From positions 64,001 through 128,000 of the forward strand of contig CAVUWD010000020.1 of assembly GCA_963745025.1 (NCBI GenBank): 64,000 nucleotides of DNA, given 5' to 3'. Below the pieces are notes generated by a model. It did not search any database. It worked only from the letters and a program-made list of their open reading frames with translations, and was not told the origin of the DNA. Within the stretch, counting starts at the first letter, position 1. Each line of letters opens with the position of its first letter. The DNA comes from an uncultured delta proteobacterium. GTDB lineage: Bacteria > Desulfobacterota > Binatia > JACPRU01. Made by a program: the position numbers and the translations under genes. Positions 23,496 to 34,302 of this stretch are shown here, in pieces.

Positions 23496-23986
23496 CTAAC
23501 GCGGCGGGGCGAGAAGCTGGCCGAGCAACAGCCGGCCAGTCGTGCTTCCAGTCGAACGACTGACCCGTGTCGCCGTAGTACGGATCAGTAGGACGCGCCC
23601 GGCTGGTAGTAGGGATCGTAGGCGGTCGCGACATCCCCACCGTACCGGCACTTCGCCAGTTCGCGCTCGGCATTGCCTATGTCGTCCTTGTACCACTGCA
23701 TCGCCTTGCGATGGCGTCCGGTCGGCGCGATCTCGTTGATGTTCGAGCGGTCGAAGTTGATGCGGTCGATGATCTGCCTGCATTGACCGTAATTGCCGCC
23801 GTATCTCGCGCGCCCGTAGTAGCCGCCGTTGTCGTAGGGCGGGCGATCATAGTGGTCGCCATCGTATTGATTCCTGTGGCGCCAAACGCCGGCCCACGGG
23901 GGCGGGTCCGCGACGGCCCGCGGTACGAGCGACAGCGTAAGCCCGGCCGCAAAGACTCCCGACAGAAGCAATGGACGCCAGTTCAT
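23496..23986 (-). CDS. Hypothetical secreted Tyr/Gly-rich protein (frameshifted tail)
   Basis: GGAGG RBS, signal peptide then ADPPPWAG; coding-like sequence continues across frameshifts to ~23496. Confidence 0.65.
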
Positions 23987-24069
23987 GGTTTTCCTCCGTT
24001 CTGGAGGCTTTAACCCGTCACTGGGTGCCCACGTTGCGGCCCGGCAAAAGCCCGCCCGGATGGCGAGAT

Positions 24070-24548
24070 TTACACGGCGAGCTTGCGGTACCCGCCGCGG
24101 AAAAACAGCAGCGGAGAAATGTCCTCCGCCTCGGCGGATTCGACCTCGCCGACATAGATGGTATGGTCGCCGGCGTCGTACGACTGAACGATCCTACAGT
24201 CGATATGACCCACCGCGTCGTCGAGGATCGCGCAGCCGATGTCGTTCTTGCGGTATCCGATGCCTTCGAACTTCTCGATGCCGCTGGTCGCGAAGCGGCG
24301 TGAGATCGTCTCCTGCTCTGTCGGACAGAATGTTGATCGCGAATACCTTGCTGCGGTCGAAATAGGGATAGGTATCGGCCTGTCTTGTCGACGCAGATCA
24401 GAATCAGCGGCGGAACCAGCGATACGGAGGTGACGGCGTTGGCGGTCAGGCCGAACGGCTGTCCCTGCTCGTCGCAGGTCGTGATCACGGTGACGCCGGT
24501 CGCGAAGTGACCCAGCACCCGGCGGAGCTCGTTCTTCTCGATTGGCAC
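24070..24548 (-). CDS. Flavin reductase (DIM6/NTAB family); frameshifted
   Basis: LRRVLGHFATGVTVIT, SVSLVPPLILIC, then AGDHTIYVGEV and PLLFFRGGY in another frame. Confidence 0.9.
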
Positions 24549-24583
24549 GATCTCGCGCTCCTACCCCGGGGCGGATCCTTCGG

Positions 24584-25816
24584 TCAATCGCGGCTCGAAG
24601 CGGCGCTGCGCGGCAGCACCTCGCTTCGCTGCCTGGCGACCCCCGGTTGCGAACCGAGCGTCTCCGGGATGCCAACGCCGAGCGCGAGGGTCGCCAGGGC
24701 AAAGAGCCCGGCTGTCACGAACGCCGTTTCGAACCCAAATCGGGTGGCCAGAGCACCGAGCGTCACGGGCCCCAGCAGGAGACCGAGATCGCCAGCCATA
24801 CGATAGACTCCGATCACGGCGCCGAGCATCTCCCGGGAGGTCAGATCCGCGACCATGGCCGCGGGCGCCGGTGCGAGATAGCCGAGCGCGATGCCGAGAC
24901 CGGTGCTGACGACGAGCAGGTTGGCGAAGCCCGGCGACCAGGCAAACCCGAAGCAACAGAGGGCCGTGGCCGCGAGCGTCGGCAGTACGATCCGCTGCCG
25001 GCCACGCCGGTCGAGGAGCGCCCCTGCATGCCAGAGCACCGCGAAGTTGGCGAACGCGGAGGCCGAGAGGATGATGCCGATGGCCGATTCGCCGAGCCCG
25101 CCGCGCTCGCCACCGAACAGCGGAATCAAGTTGCTACGGGCGCCGGCTCGAACCGAGAAGACGTAGAACGTGAGGAGCAGGATGTAGAGAAACGTCCGGC
25201 TGCTGACGTGACGCGCGACCTCCGCGAGCGGCGGCCGAGCGATCGACGCTTCGTGCTGGGCACGAACCTCGTTCGTCACCAAGGCCCAGGTGAGCCCGGC
25301 GACGATCAGGCCGAAGGCCGCCATCACGTAGAAGGGCGCCCGCAGGCCCCAGATCTCGGCGACGATTCCGCCGATCGTCGGGCCGAAGGAGACCCCGAGC
25401 AGGATCATACTCTGGTAGAAGCCCATCGCCTTGCCCATCTCCTCGGCGCCGACCGTGCGCGCGAAGAGCGCCATGATCGTGATCACGTAAAACGCCGAGC
25501 CGACGCCTTCGATCACGCGGTAGCCGACGAGCCAAGAAAAGCTCGTCGCTCGAGCGCACAGGAACGCGGAGACGGCGGTGATCACGGCCCCGGCGGTAGT
25601 GAGGAGGCGCGGGCTCACGCGATCGGCGAGCGCTCCGCCGACGTAGTCGAAGGCGAGCCGCCCGGCGGCGAAGGACGAGACGAGAAGACCCGCGCCGGCA
25701 TAGTCGACGCCGAACTCGCGCGCGTAGAGCGGCAGGACGGGCGAGATGATGCTGGAGCCGAGCATGATGACGAGGGAGGTCGCCGAGAGCAGTATCACCT
25801 GTCGGTCGAGCCCCAT
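24584..25816 (-). CDS. MFS transporter
   Basis: About 12 TM segments, GALADRVSPR motif A, GPTIGG. Confidence 0.92.
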   Translation of the reverse strand: MGLDRQVILLSATSLVIMLGSSIISPVLPLYAREFGVDYAGAGLLVSSFAAGRLAFDYVGGALADRVSPRLLTTAGAVITAVSAFLCARATSFSWLVGYRVIEGVGSAFYVITIMALFARTVGAEEMGKAMGFYQSMILLGVSFGPTIGGIVAEIWGLRAPFYVMAAFGLIVAGLTWALVTNEVRAQHEASIARPPLAEVARHVSSRTFLYILLLTFYVFSVRAGARSNLIPLFGGERGGLGESAIGIILSASAFANFAVLWHAGALLDRRGRQRIVLPTLAATALCCFGFAWSPGFANLLVVSTGLGIALGYLAPAPAAMVADLTSREMLGAVIGVYRMAGDLGLLLGPVTLGALATRFGFETAFVTAGLFALATLALGVGIPETLGSQPGVARQRSEVLPRSAASSRD

Positions 25817-25979
25817 CGTCGATGCGCGTAGCCACCGGCGTACGACCATGCGGAGCAGCTTAGCGGAAAAGCGCGGCCGACCGGAGCGATTCGCTGCGGC
25901 GGTTGCAGCGGGACACACGCGGGATCCGACCGATCGGCTTGCTTTGACCTGCCCCTTCATTGGAAGATGTCGCAGACCG

Positions 25980-26624
25980 ATGAGGCGGACTGCGAGGAGA
26001 GCGCCCCCAGCGGCATTGTGGCTCGTGGCTTCGCTCTGGCTCTCCGCCTGCGGCTCGGCACCCGTGTCACGATACGAGCCCCCGTTCTCCCGCGTGCGCG
26101 CCGACGAGATCTCGCCGCGGCGCGACGCGAGCATCGACGAGTTCCTGCCGTGGGCCGAGGAGCAGAGTGAGATGATCGTCGTCGACAAGACCGCCCGCAA
26201 GCTCGTTCTCTATCGGTACGGCAAGCCGGTGAAGAGCTACGCGGTCGTGCTCGGGCGTAACGCCGGGCGAAAGGTCGTCGAGGGCGACCGCCGCACTCCC
26301 TCCGGCCTCTACCGGATCACCGCCAAGCGCGTGCATGCCAAGTACCATCGATTCCTGGCGATCGATTACCCGAACGGTAGCGTCGTCAAGCCGGACCGCA
26401 CGGCGATCGGCAGTGCGCCGATTCGCGCCGTGCTGGGGCAAGGCTCGCGCCGCGGGCCCGGCGGCCAGATCGGCATTCACGGCTCGGACGAGGAAGAGCT
26501 CAACCGCCTCGGCATCGACTGGACATTCGGCTGTGTGTCGCTCGCCAACCGCGACATCGAGGATCTTTACCAGGAGGTCGACGAAGGGACCTTGGTGGCG
26601 ATCATCGACGATCAGCAGCCCTGA
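25980..26624 (+). CDS. L,D-transpeptidase (YkuD) family lipoprotein
   Basis: LSAC lipobox, EGDRRTPSG, IGIHG...WTFGCV catalytic motif. Confidence 0.9.
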   Translation: MRRTARRAPPAALWLVASLWLSACGSAPVSRYEPPFSRVRADEISPRRDASIDEFLPWAEEQSEMIVVDKTARKLVLYRYGKPVKSYAVVLGRNAGRKVVEGDRRTPSGLYRITAKRVHAKYHRFLAIDYPNGSVVKPDRTAIGSAPIRAVLGQGSRRGPGGQIGIHGSDEEELNRLGIDWTFGCVSLANRDIEDLYQEVDEGTLVAIIDDQQP

Positions 26625-27738
26625 GTGTGATTCCGCGCGAGCCTGGCGAATCGCGCGAGCGCGCGCTCGCGGCCGAGCTGGGCGAGGTGCCCGCCGGCAA
26701 ACCACTCGATCGGTGCCTGCCAGTGAGCGGCGAGCGCGGCGGGGTGCTCCGGCGGCACGATGCGGTCGGCCTCGCCCGCGATGACGAGTCGCCGCCCCGC
26801 GGGCACCCGCGGGCGATGGCCGAGCGGGCAGTGTGGGGAGAACAAGCGACGCAATAGCGCGAGATCGATGCCGGCCGCGCGCGCGTCGGCGTGCTCGCCT
26901 CTTCTTCCTGCGCGTTCCCAAAGGATATCGGCGAAGGAGGCGACCGGAATGATGGGCGCCGCGAAGTCGAGATCCGGCTCGAGCGAAGCGAACAGAGCCG
27001 TCACGTAGCCGCCGAGGCTCATCCCGGTCACGCCGACCGACGGTGCCCCTTCGGCCCGCAGCCAGGCGGCCAAACGGCGAAGATCGGACACTGCCTGAAC
27101 GAACGCCTCGATCGTGCGTACTGGATCGTTGAGGAGGAGTTGGCCGGACGAGGTTCCCTGCGGCGCCCGCGCGCCGTGGTAGGGGAGAGTCGCGAGCACG
27201 ACATCGAATCCGAGGGAGTGGAAGAGGCGTCGCACCCCGAAGGCGCGCCCGTCGAGAACCGGAAAGCCGCCGCGGTACCCGTGGATACAGATGATCACTG
27301 GCCGACGCCGACCGACCCGTCGCCAGAGATAGGCGCGAGCCAACCGGTTTCGTCCGCTGGGGTCGCGAGCCGCAGTGCCGAACTCCTCTGGAAAGATTCG
27401 TTGCGGCCGGCTCTCGAAGCGGAGCGACTCGCAAACGGGCAGGCCGAGAAATCGTCGTGCCTTGCGCTCCACCGCGGGAACATCGACGGGCTGCGCGAAC
27501 AGGACCGCGGGATTCTCGAGAGCGCCGCGGCTTTCGAGGAAGTCGATTGCGCGCCGATAGCGCTCGGCGCGCTCGCGGATGCGCTGCGGTGGAGATCGTC
27601 CGATCCGCCAGGCCTCGTAGCGGAGCGAAGCTCTCGTCGACCGCAGCGCCCGACCTCGAATTGCAGACGCCCGACGAGGCTTTGCGGCGCCGACCGCGCG
27701 GGCGGCACGTCGAGCAACCGATACGGATTCACATTCAC
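26612..27738 (-). CDS. Alpha/beta hydrolase (N-terminal frameshifts; start uncertain)
   Basis: ICIHGY, TLPYHGAR, GMSLGG nucleophile elbow, D-RIVP, GGH. Confidence 0.8.
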
Positions 27739-27963
27739 GACGGCCGCAGCCTAGCACTTCTCCGGGGTTGATCCACTGCGTCAAAACGCGGTGACCAGAT
27801 CTACTCCGAGGGCACAGTTTGGCTGGAGCCTCGTTCTCACAGGCGAGCCGGGTGCCTGCCGGGTGGTTGCGCCACGAGCACGGAACGGCGTACGAGCTTC
27901 TCGTCGCGCTCAAACGAACGATTGAGCGCATGGCATCATGAATCCGGAGGTACTGCCCGAAGC

Positions 27964-29433
27964 ATGACAAGATCGAAGTTCGTGCTGGCGATCGACGAGG
28001 GCACGACCGGAGTGCGCGCCCTTCTGTTCGACGAGAACGGGCGGGTGGCCGGCCGCGACTATCGCGAGGTGGGCGCGAGCTATCCTCGCGCCGGCTGGGT
28101 CGAGCAAGATGCGCAGTCGATCTGGGAGCGCACGGTCGAGGTGGCGAGGTCCGCGCTCGCGGGAGCGGGCGCCGCCGGCCGAGACCTCGCTGCGATCGGC
28201 GTCACCGGCCAGCGCTCGACGGCGGTCGCCTGGAGCCGCACGACCGGCCACCCGCTGCATGCGGCGCTCAGCTGGCAGGACCTGCGCACCACCGAGCGCT
28301 GCGCCGAGCTGGCTGCGCAGGGTCACATCGCCGAGCCGCTCACGGCGGCCACCAAGCTCGAATGGATGATGCGCAACGTGGAGGCGGTGCGCGCCGGCGT
28401 CGAATGCGGGGATGCGCTGCTCGGAACGCTCGAGTCGTGGCTCCTGTGGAAGCTGTCGCACGGGGCGGTTCACGTCACCGACGCGTCCTTCGCCTCGGCG
28501 ACCTGCCTCTTCGATTTCTTCGGAACGGGTTGGAGCGAAGCGTTGCTCGGAGTTCTCGGCCTACCCGAACGAGCGCTACCGGAGATCCGCCGGTCGAGCG
28601 AGCGCTACGGCGAGACGGAGGCGGGGCTCTTCGGCGCCGCCGTGCCGATCGCCGGACTTGCCGGCGATCAGCAGGCGGCGATGTTCGGGCAGCTCTGCGT
28701 CGATCCGGGAACGGTCAAGATCAGCTACGGCACCTCGGCGATGGCCGACTTGAATGCCGGAACCTCGCTGCAGTTCTCCTCGAACGGCGCCTTTCCGATG
28801 GTGCTCTGGAAGCTCGGCGAAGAGCTTCACTATTGCCTCGAAGGCGTCGCGATCACGGCCGGAGCGGCGATTCAATGGCTGCGAGACGGGCTCGGGATCG
28901 TTGACTCGGTCGGCGACACCGACGCGGTCGCCCGCCAGGTACCCGACAGCGGCGGCGTCTGGGCCGTGCCGGCGTTCCAGGGCCTCGGCACGCCGCACCT
29001 CGATCGCGCCGCGCGCGCCACGGTCGGCGGCCTCTCGCGCGGATCGACCCGGGCACACGTCGTGCGCGCCGTGCTCGAAGGCGTCGCGCTGCGCTGCGCG
29101 GAGGTCTTCGACGCGCTCGCGGCCGACTCGCCGTCGGGTCGACCGACCGTTCTCCGCGTCGATGGCGGTGCGGCGCAAAACGACTTCCTGCTGCAGTTCC
29201 AGAGCGACATTCTAGGCATTCCCGTCGAGCGTCCAGCGACGCTCGAAGCCGCGGCCAGCGGCGCGGCTTATCTCGCGGGCCTCGCCGTCGGCTTCTGGCC
29301 GGACGTCGAGTCGCTCCAGAAGATCTGGCGGCTCGGCGCCCGTTTCGAGCCGAGGATGTCGGCAGCGGAGCGCGAGGATCGTCGCCAGAGCTTCCACAAG
29401 CGGGTCGCCGCCGTGCGCGAGATCGCGAGCTGA
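27964..29433 (+). CDS. glpK: Glycerol kinase / FGGY-family carbohydrate kinase
   Basis: LAIDEGTTG, GWVEQD, WQDLRT, GDQQAAMFGQ, YGT, VDGG. Confidence 0.8.
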   Translation: MTRSKFVLAIDEGTTGVRALLFDENGRVAGRDYREVGASYPRAGWVEQDAQSIWERTVEVARSALAGAGAAGRDLAAIGVTGQRSTAVAWSRTTGHPLHAALSWQDLRTTERCAELAAQGHIAEPLTAATKLEWMMRNVEAVRAGVECGDALLGTLESWLLWKLSHGAVHVTDASFASATCLFDFFGTGWSEALLGVLGLPERALPEIRRSSERYGETEAGLFGAAVPIAGLAGDQQAAMFGQLCVDPGTVKISYGTSAMADLNAGTSLQFSSNGAFPMVLWKLGEELHYCLEGVAITAGAAIQWLRDGLGIVDSVGDTDAVARQVPDSGGVWAVPAFQGLGTPHLDRAARATVGGLSRGSTRAHVVRAVLEGVALRCAEVFDALAADSPSGRPTVLRVDGGAAQNDFLLQFQSDILGIPVERPATLEAAASGAAYLAGLAVGFWPDVESLQKIWRLGARFEPRMSAAEREDRRQSFHKRVAAVREIAS

Positions 29434-29449
29434 ACGCCTAGCAGCGAGG

Positions 29450-29598
29450 GGATGGCGTGCCATACGCGCGCCTTCTCGGGCTGGCCGTCCACCGGGAAGA
29501 TCCAAGGTGCCGCTCCGCTCGCGGAGAAGCAGCACGGCGCCCCGTTCGTCGAACACGAGCCCTTTGATGGTCACGTGGAAGCCTTGGGGATCGTCCAT
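29450..29598 (-). pseudogene. Truncated NUDIX hydrolase remnant
   Basis: FHVTIKGLVFDERGAVLLLRE...DLPGGR stops before the Nudix box (no REUxEE). Confidence 0.55.
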
Positions 29599-29624
29599 GT
29601 CGGCGTTTCACTAGCGAGCCCGTA

Positions 29625-31010
29625 TCAGTTCCACAATCGCTCCCACCAGTTCTCCGCTCCCGCCTCGCCGAGGTCCATCTTCTTGCGGATCTCCTCGAGC
29701 GGCCAGCCGGTGAGCGAGGCGAGCGTCGACGCCTCCTGCTCGCGGCGTCTTGCGAGCTCGTCGAAGTAGCTCTTCGCGGCCGAGCACTCGTCGCGACTGC
29801 CGTTCCAGGCGTGACGCAGCACGTAGCGGCCCTGGAAGTTCTCGCTGTCCGAGGTCTCCTGGAGGACGAGGTCTTCCGGGAAGGTATCGGGCGAATAGCG
29901 CACGTGGAGGCGCGTCACCATCACTGGCAGCGGGCCGCCGGGGAACGGAGCCGGTCGCGGTGGTGCGAATCCTGGCCGCAGTGGACCGGAATCTCGGTCG
30001 AGCCAGAACACGCCGAGCTTGCGCAGCTCCTCGTGCGACAGCGGCTCCGCCGCGCAGGGATCACACCAGCCCATGTTCCAGAAATATTCCGTGTAGACCG
30101 CGCGCATTTTCTCCGCCTTCACCTGGGTGTCGAACATCGACTGGTAGAAGCGCGCGAAGTCGTCCTTCACGTACTCGGGCACGTCCATGCCCGTCGGCAG
30201 CTTTACCGTACGGTAGTTCGTCGTCTCGACGCGACCGCCGCGCGTGAGCACGTAGACGAGGAGGTCCTGCGAGCCCTGCGCGTTCACCATGCCGAGACGA
30301 ATCGGCAGCATGAACTTCGGCGACTCGAACGCGATCTGGAGCGGGTCGCAGATAGCGGAGGCCGGTCGCCGTCTGCTCCTTCAGGTTCACCTTGGCGACG
30401 AAGAACTTCATGCCCTGCTGGAGGTAGGGGTGGAGGGCTCGGCTGGCGCCCTTCGGGATCCGGTAGCCGTTCTCGGTGAGCCACGTCTCGAGCCCGTCGC
30501 GACTGCTTCGCCGAGAGGATCAGGATGTCGTACTCGCCGACCGTGTACTCGGCCTCGATCGTGCACGCCGAGCGACTTGGCACGCTCTGCGGCCTCCTTT
30601 CGCATCATTTGCGGCGCAGCCGCCAGCGGCGCCATCCGGTCGTACGCGATTCGCTGGCAGGGATCTTCGTCGTGAGTATTCGACGAGGCGCGGCGCGCTG
30701 TACGCGTCGAGGTGCTCGAAGAGCTCGCGGTCACCGATGTGGACCTGGCTCTTCTCGAGGACGACCGGCACCGGAACGACCAGCGCGAACTCCGTCGAGC
30801 TCGCCCTGGTAGTCGTTCATCATGCTGATCACGCGTGCGGTCGCCGTCTCGCACCAGCACGACCTGCGAGGCCTGGTTGTACAGGGTCGCATCCGCCTTG
30901 CCGACGTAGAAGCCGCAGAACGCTCCGGCGTCACGCGGCGCGGCCAGCCAGCCGAGCACCGCGAGCGCCAGGGCCGGCAGCGGGGCAAAGTGAAATCTCC
31001 GTCGTTTCAT
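29625..31010 (-). CDS. DUF2330 family secreted protein with CxxC; frameshifted
   Basis: Signal peptide then AFCGFYVGKAD, YDILILSA, MKFFVAKVN, MLPIRLG, WCDPC, TRLHVRY, FPEDL, NFQGRY. Confidence 0.88.
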
Positions 31011-31842
31011 TTGAGCCTCCTTGGCTGGTCCATTGGTATTTCGTGGCGGGCCAGAGGGTGTCCCAGAGCGGCACCGCGGGCGCGGCGAAAAAGAGCGCCC
31101 AGAGAAGCGAATTCGGCCGATAGAGCGCGAACTGCCAGACGTACGCGAGTGCGGCGACCAGCGCGGCGTGCGCGATGCGGCCCCGCGGGTGATTGGGGAT
31201 CGTCATAGGATCCGAGATCATGAAAAACGCGAACAGCAGCAGCGCGCCGCTCTCGAGCTGGTGAACCCATACGGCTCCGCGCTGACCGAGCCAGAGGACA
31301 CGCAGCGCCGCCGCGCCGAGGTGGAATCCGAGAAACGCGAGGCTCACGTCTGCACGCCGCGCGCGGTGGACGACCAGGCCGCCGAGCGCGACGAGCCAAG
31401 CGGCGAACACGAAATCATCTCCCCACTGTGCGGGTGAGACCCAGGCCCCGGGCAGCACGACGAGCGCAAAGAGGACGCCGAGATTTCCCGGGTTGAAGAG
31501 GTGCTTGCCGCGCGCTCGCACGACGAACTTCGCACCGATTGCGACGCTTGCGGCGATCGGATGGGCCCAGAGGTTGTCGGCCCGAAGCAGCAGAGACAGA
31601 CTGAGCGCCGTGATCACCGCGCTGCGCAGGCTCGACCGTGTCGCGCCGTGCAGCCGCTCGCCGAGGCGCTGCGTGAGGATCGCCGCGGCGAACGCAAGGG
31701 CGCCCTGCTCGGGACGGATCGCAAAGTCGCGGAGCCACGCGCCGGCGGCGAGCAGGATGCCGAGGAACGAAATCTGAAATAGTCGCGGATCACTCGGAAG
31801 AGCGAGGGATCGGGTCGGCGGCACTGTGTTCGCTTCGGTCAC
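30931..31842 (-). CDS. Stand-alone RnfD/NqrB-like integral membrane protein
   Basis: DPRLFQI, KHLFNPGNLG, WVSPAQWG, FFMISDPMTIP; multiple TM segments. Confidence 0.82.
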   Translation of the reverse strand: MTEANTVPPTRSLALPSDPRLFQISFLGILLAAGAWLRDFAIRPEQGALAFAAAILTQRLGERLHGATRSSLRSAVITALSLSLLLRADNLWAHPIAASVAIGAKFVVRARGKHLFNPGNLGVLFALVVLPGAWVSPAQWGDDFVFAAWLVALGGLVVHRARRADVSLAFLGFHLGAAALRVLWLGQRGAVWVHQLESGALLLFAFFMISDPMTIPNHPRGRIAHAALVAALAYVWQFALYRPNSLLWALFFAAPAVPLWDTLWPATKYQWTSQGGSNETTEISLCPAAGPGARGARLAGRAA

Positions 31843-31862
31843 GTCTCGGTCCTCGCAGGGGA

Positions 31863-31888
31863 GAACGCGTGGCCGGGCGCCGCTTGCG
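31863..31888 (-). promoter_or_regulatory. Putative ECF sigma promoter CGCAAG-N15-CGTTC upstream of the RnfD-like gene
   Basis: Same motif and spacing as 33231-33256; 20 nt upstream of the start codon. Confidence 0.65.
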
Positions 31889-31923
31889 ATCTTTTTCGGG
31901 AAGCGCCGGAAGAGGCGCGCGAA

Positions 31924-33210
31924 TCAGAGCTTGGACCAGCTCTGGCCGCCGTCTTTGGTGGAGAATCGTTCGCCGCTGGCGGTCCGTACGGTCGCGTTCG
32001 TGTCGTTCTGGGCCCTGATCTGGGTGAGATCGCTGGTCGTTGGGGGAACCAGTCGCTGCCAGTGCTCACCGTCCGTCGTGCGCAGCACCAAGCCGCTTCG
32101 ACCGGCGAGCCAGCAAATCTCGGCGGAGGGCGCCGAACCAGCCAGCAAGCCGGTTGCGTCACCGGTCGGCTGGGCTCGCCAGGTCTTGCCGGCGTCGTCG
32201 GATCGCTCGATCGTGGCCTCGCTCAACCGCCAAGCGACGTCGTCACTGGTACGCGCGATGATGACGACGCCGCGGTCCGTCGTCGGCTTCATCGCCTTTG
32301 CGGCGACGCCGACGTTTGCCTCGCCCGCCGGCGCCGGTGCCGCTTGATCGGCGCGAAAGGCCTCGAGCGTGCGCTCGTCTTTGGCTGCCTGCTTCGTTTC
32401 GGAAGGTTCGTTCGCGCCCTCTCGAGGACCCATCGCGAGGGGCGAAGCGGGCTCGAGGCTCGGTGCGCCGGGTGATTGCTGTACGGTTACGGTGGGTGCC
32501 CGCGCGAGCATGTCCGTTTCCTCACGCGGCATCGATTCGGCCAGCGCGGATCGGGATTCGGCAGCCGGCATCTTGTCCAGCATCGGCGGAGCGGCGGGAC
32601 TCGCAGCGGTCGTCAGGGCGGGCGCCGCTTGCGGTGCCTCTAGCCCCTCCTTGATTCGTGTGTCCGTGTCGCGGCTCGCTGCGAGCGGCACGACGTTCTC
32701 CGGCGCTCGGGCGCGCAATTCGGATTCGCGCGATTTTCGCGAGGCCTCTCCGATGAGCGGGGCGAATCGGTAGGTCACGCCGATCGCCAGCACGGCGCTC
32801 GCAGCCAAGGCAACCGGGCCGACCCATGTCCAAAGCGTCCGCCGCCTCGGCGTGAACGGCGTCGCTCCGACGGCTGGTTGCGATGGCGGCGTGACCTTGT
32901 CGGGCTCGGGGGGTGGTTCGGCTTTCACGACCGCTGCGGGCGGAGCCGGTTCGACCGGCTTCGGCTGCGCCGCCTCGGGCGCGGGCGCGGGCTGCAAACG
33001 AAGCAGAGCCGCAATCTCGGCCTGGCAGCCGCTGCAGCTCGAGAGATGGATCTCGAGCTCTCGAGCCTCCGGCTCCGCCAGCTTGCCCTCGAAATAGGCG
33101 GATAGCAGGCCCGGATGCGGGCAGTCCTTCCGGGAAGGCCCCAAGTCCTCGCGCAGGAACGAGGCGAGGATGTGCTCGAAGCTCTTGTCGCTGTCGGCCG
33201 AGCTGCTCAA
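31924..33210 (-). CDS. Anti-sigma factor: zf-HC2, TM and Asp-box (YCF48/BNR-like) domain
   Basis: HLSSCSGC (HxxxCxxC), single TM segment, SDDAGKTW / TTDGEHW / TKDGGQSW Asp-boxes. Confidence 0.85.
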   Translation of the reverse strand: MSSSADSDKSFEHILASFLREDLGPSRKDCPHPGLLSAYFEGKLAEPEARELEIHLSSCSGCQAEIAALLRLQPAPAPEAAQPKPVEPAPPAAVVKAEPPPEPDKVTPPSQPAVGATPFTPRRRTLWTWVGPVALAASAVLAIGVTYRFAPLIGEASRKSRESELRARAPENVVPLAASRDTDTRIKEGLEAPQAAPALTTAASPAAPPMLDKMPAAESRSALAESMPREETDMLARAPTVTVQQSPGAPSLEPASPLAMGPREGANEPSETKQAAKDERTLEAFRADQAAPAPAGEANVGVAAKAMKPTTDRGVVIIARTSDDVAWRLSEATIERSDDAGKTWRAQPTGDATGLLAGSAPSAEICWLAGRSGLVLRTTDGEHWQRLVPPTTSDLTQIRAQNDTNATVRTASGERFSTKDGGQSWSKL

Positions 33211-33230
33211 ACAACTCTCCTGTCCATTTG

Positions 33231-33256
33231 GAACGCACGCATCATCGAAGCTTGCG
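33231..33256 (-). promoter_or_regulatory. Putative ECF sigma promoter CGCAAG-N15-CGTTC upstream of the anti-sigma gene
   Basis: Identical boxes and spacing to 31863-31888. Confidence 0.65.
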
Positions 33257-33261
33257 CACCT

Positions 33262-34152
33262 TTAGCACGCCGGCGGTACGAGCTCCTTGCCGAGCTCGAA
33301 TGGCCAGCATTCCAGGGCTGTTTCGTAACACGCCCGGACGTCTTCCTCGTCGAGTCCGTGTTCGCTTCGCAGGCGACGTTTCACCTCCTTACGCAGTGAG
33401 TCCCGGGTGTGTTCCAGCTTGCGAGAGACCGTGGATTCGTGCTCGCCGAGGAGTCGTCCGACTTCGGCAAGCGTGAGTTGTTGAATGTAGTAGTAGGACA
33501 GTCGCAGCCGATCGCGCGCCTCGAGCTGAGACAACGCTTGCGAGAGCGACTGACGCAGACTCTCGAGGTAGCGTGCGCGGTCGGAGTCACTCGGTAGAGG
33601 CGCGACGGCGACCTCGTGGCCGATCGCTTCGTTCAGTCGGCCGCGCAGTGCCTGGCCGCGCTGTGCGGCGCGATAGCCGTCTACGAAAGTGCGCGCCACG
33701 ACCGAGCGCAGCCAGGTGCCGAGCGAGCTGCGGCCGTGAAAATACTGGAAGAGCGAGCGGCGTCGGCCATCTCGCTCTTCGAGGCCGTAGAGATCGGCGT
33801 AGAGGCTGTCGGTGATCTCCTGGGCTCGGGCTTCCTCACGCGCCAGCGAGAGTGCGGCGCCGAACAGAACGGGGCGGAATCGCCCCAGGAACTCGATCCA
33901 GGCCTGCTGGTTGCCGTGCTCGCAAGCCGCCGCCAGTGCGAGATCCTCGACGTGGAGCGAACCGAGATAGCGCTCGATCTCATCGACCTCGAACGGTGCC
34001 TCGGCGGCAAACCGTCCCGCCGCGCTGCGGTAGAGCGCGGTGGCAAATTCCGACGCGGATAGCTTCCAGCGCTCGGCACGCCCCTGGGCATAGAGACGGT
34101 CGATCACGCGGGCATGCCGGTTCTGAAACTCCTCGAGAGACCGGGCGCTCAT
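33262..34152 (-). CDS. ECF-type RNA polymerase sigma factor with N-terminal extension
   Basis: DLALAAAC..G...AW, FHGRSSLGTWLRSV (region 2), LTLAEVGRLLGEHESTVSR (region 4 HTH). Confidence 0.9.
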   Translation of the reverse strand: MSARSLEEFQNRHARVIDRLYAQGRAERWKLSASEFATALYRSAAGRFAAEAPFEVDEIERYLGSLHVEDLALAAACEHGNQQAWIEFLGRFRPVLFGAALSLAREEARAQEITDSLYADLYGLEERDGRRRSLFQYFHGRSSLGTWLRSVVARTFVDGYRAAQRGQALRGRLNEAIGHEVAVAPLPSDSDRARYLESLRQSLSQALSQLEARDRLRLSYYYIQQLTLAEVGRLLGEHESTVSRKLEHTRDSLRKEVKRRLRSEHGLDEEDVRACYETALECWPFELGKELVPPAC

Positions 34153-34302
34153 CGACGATCATTCGCCCGCTGCAGGCGGTTGCTTGATGGCCTGCTCGCG
34201 GCGGGGTTGTCGCTGGAACACGTACACGTAGGGGACGTTTCGCATGCTTCCAACTTCTCGGCGCTCAGAGTACTCCCGAAGGCGGAGGAGTGCGAAACCT
34301 CC

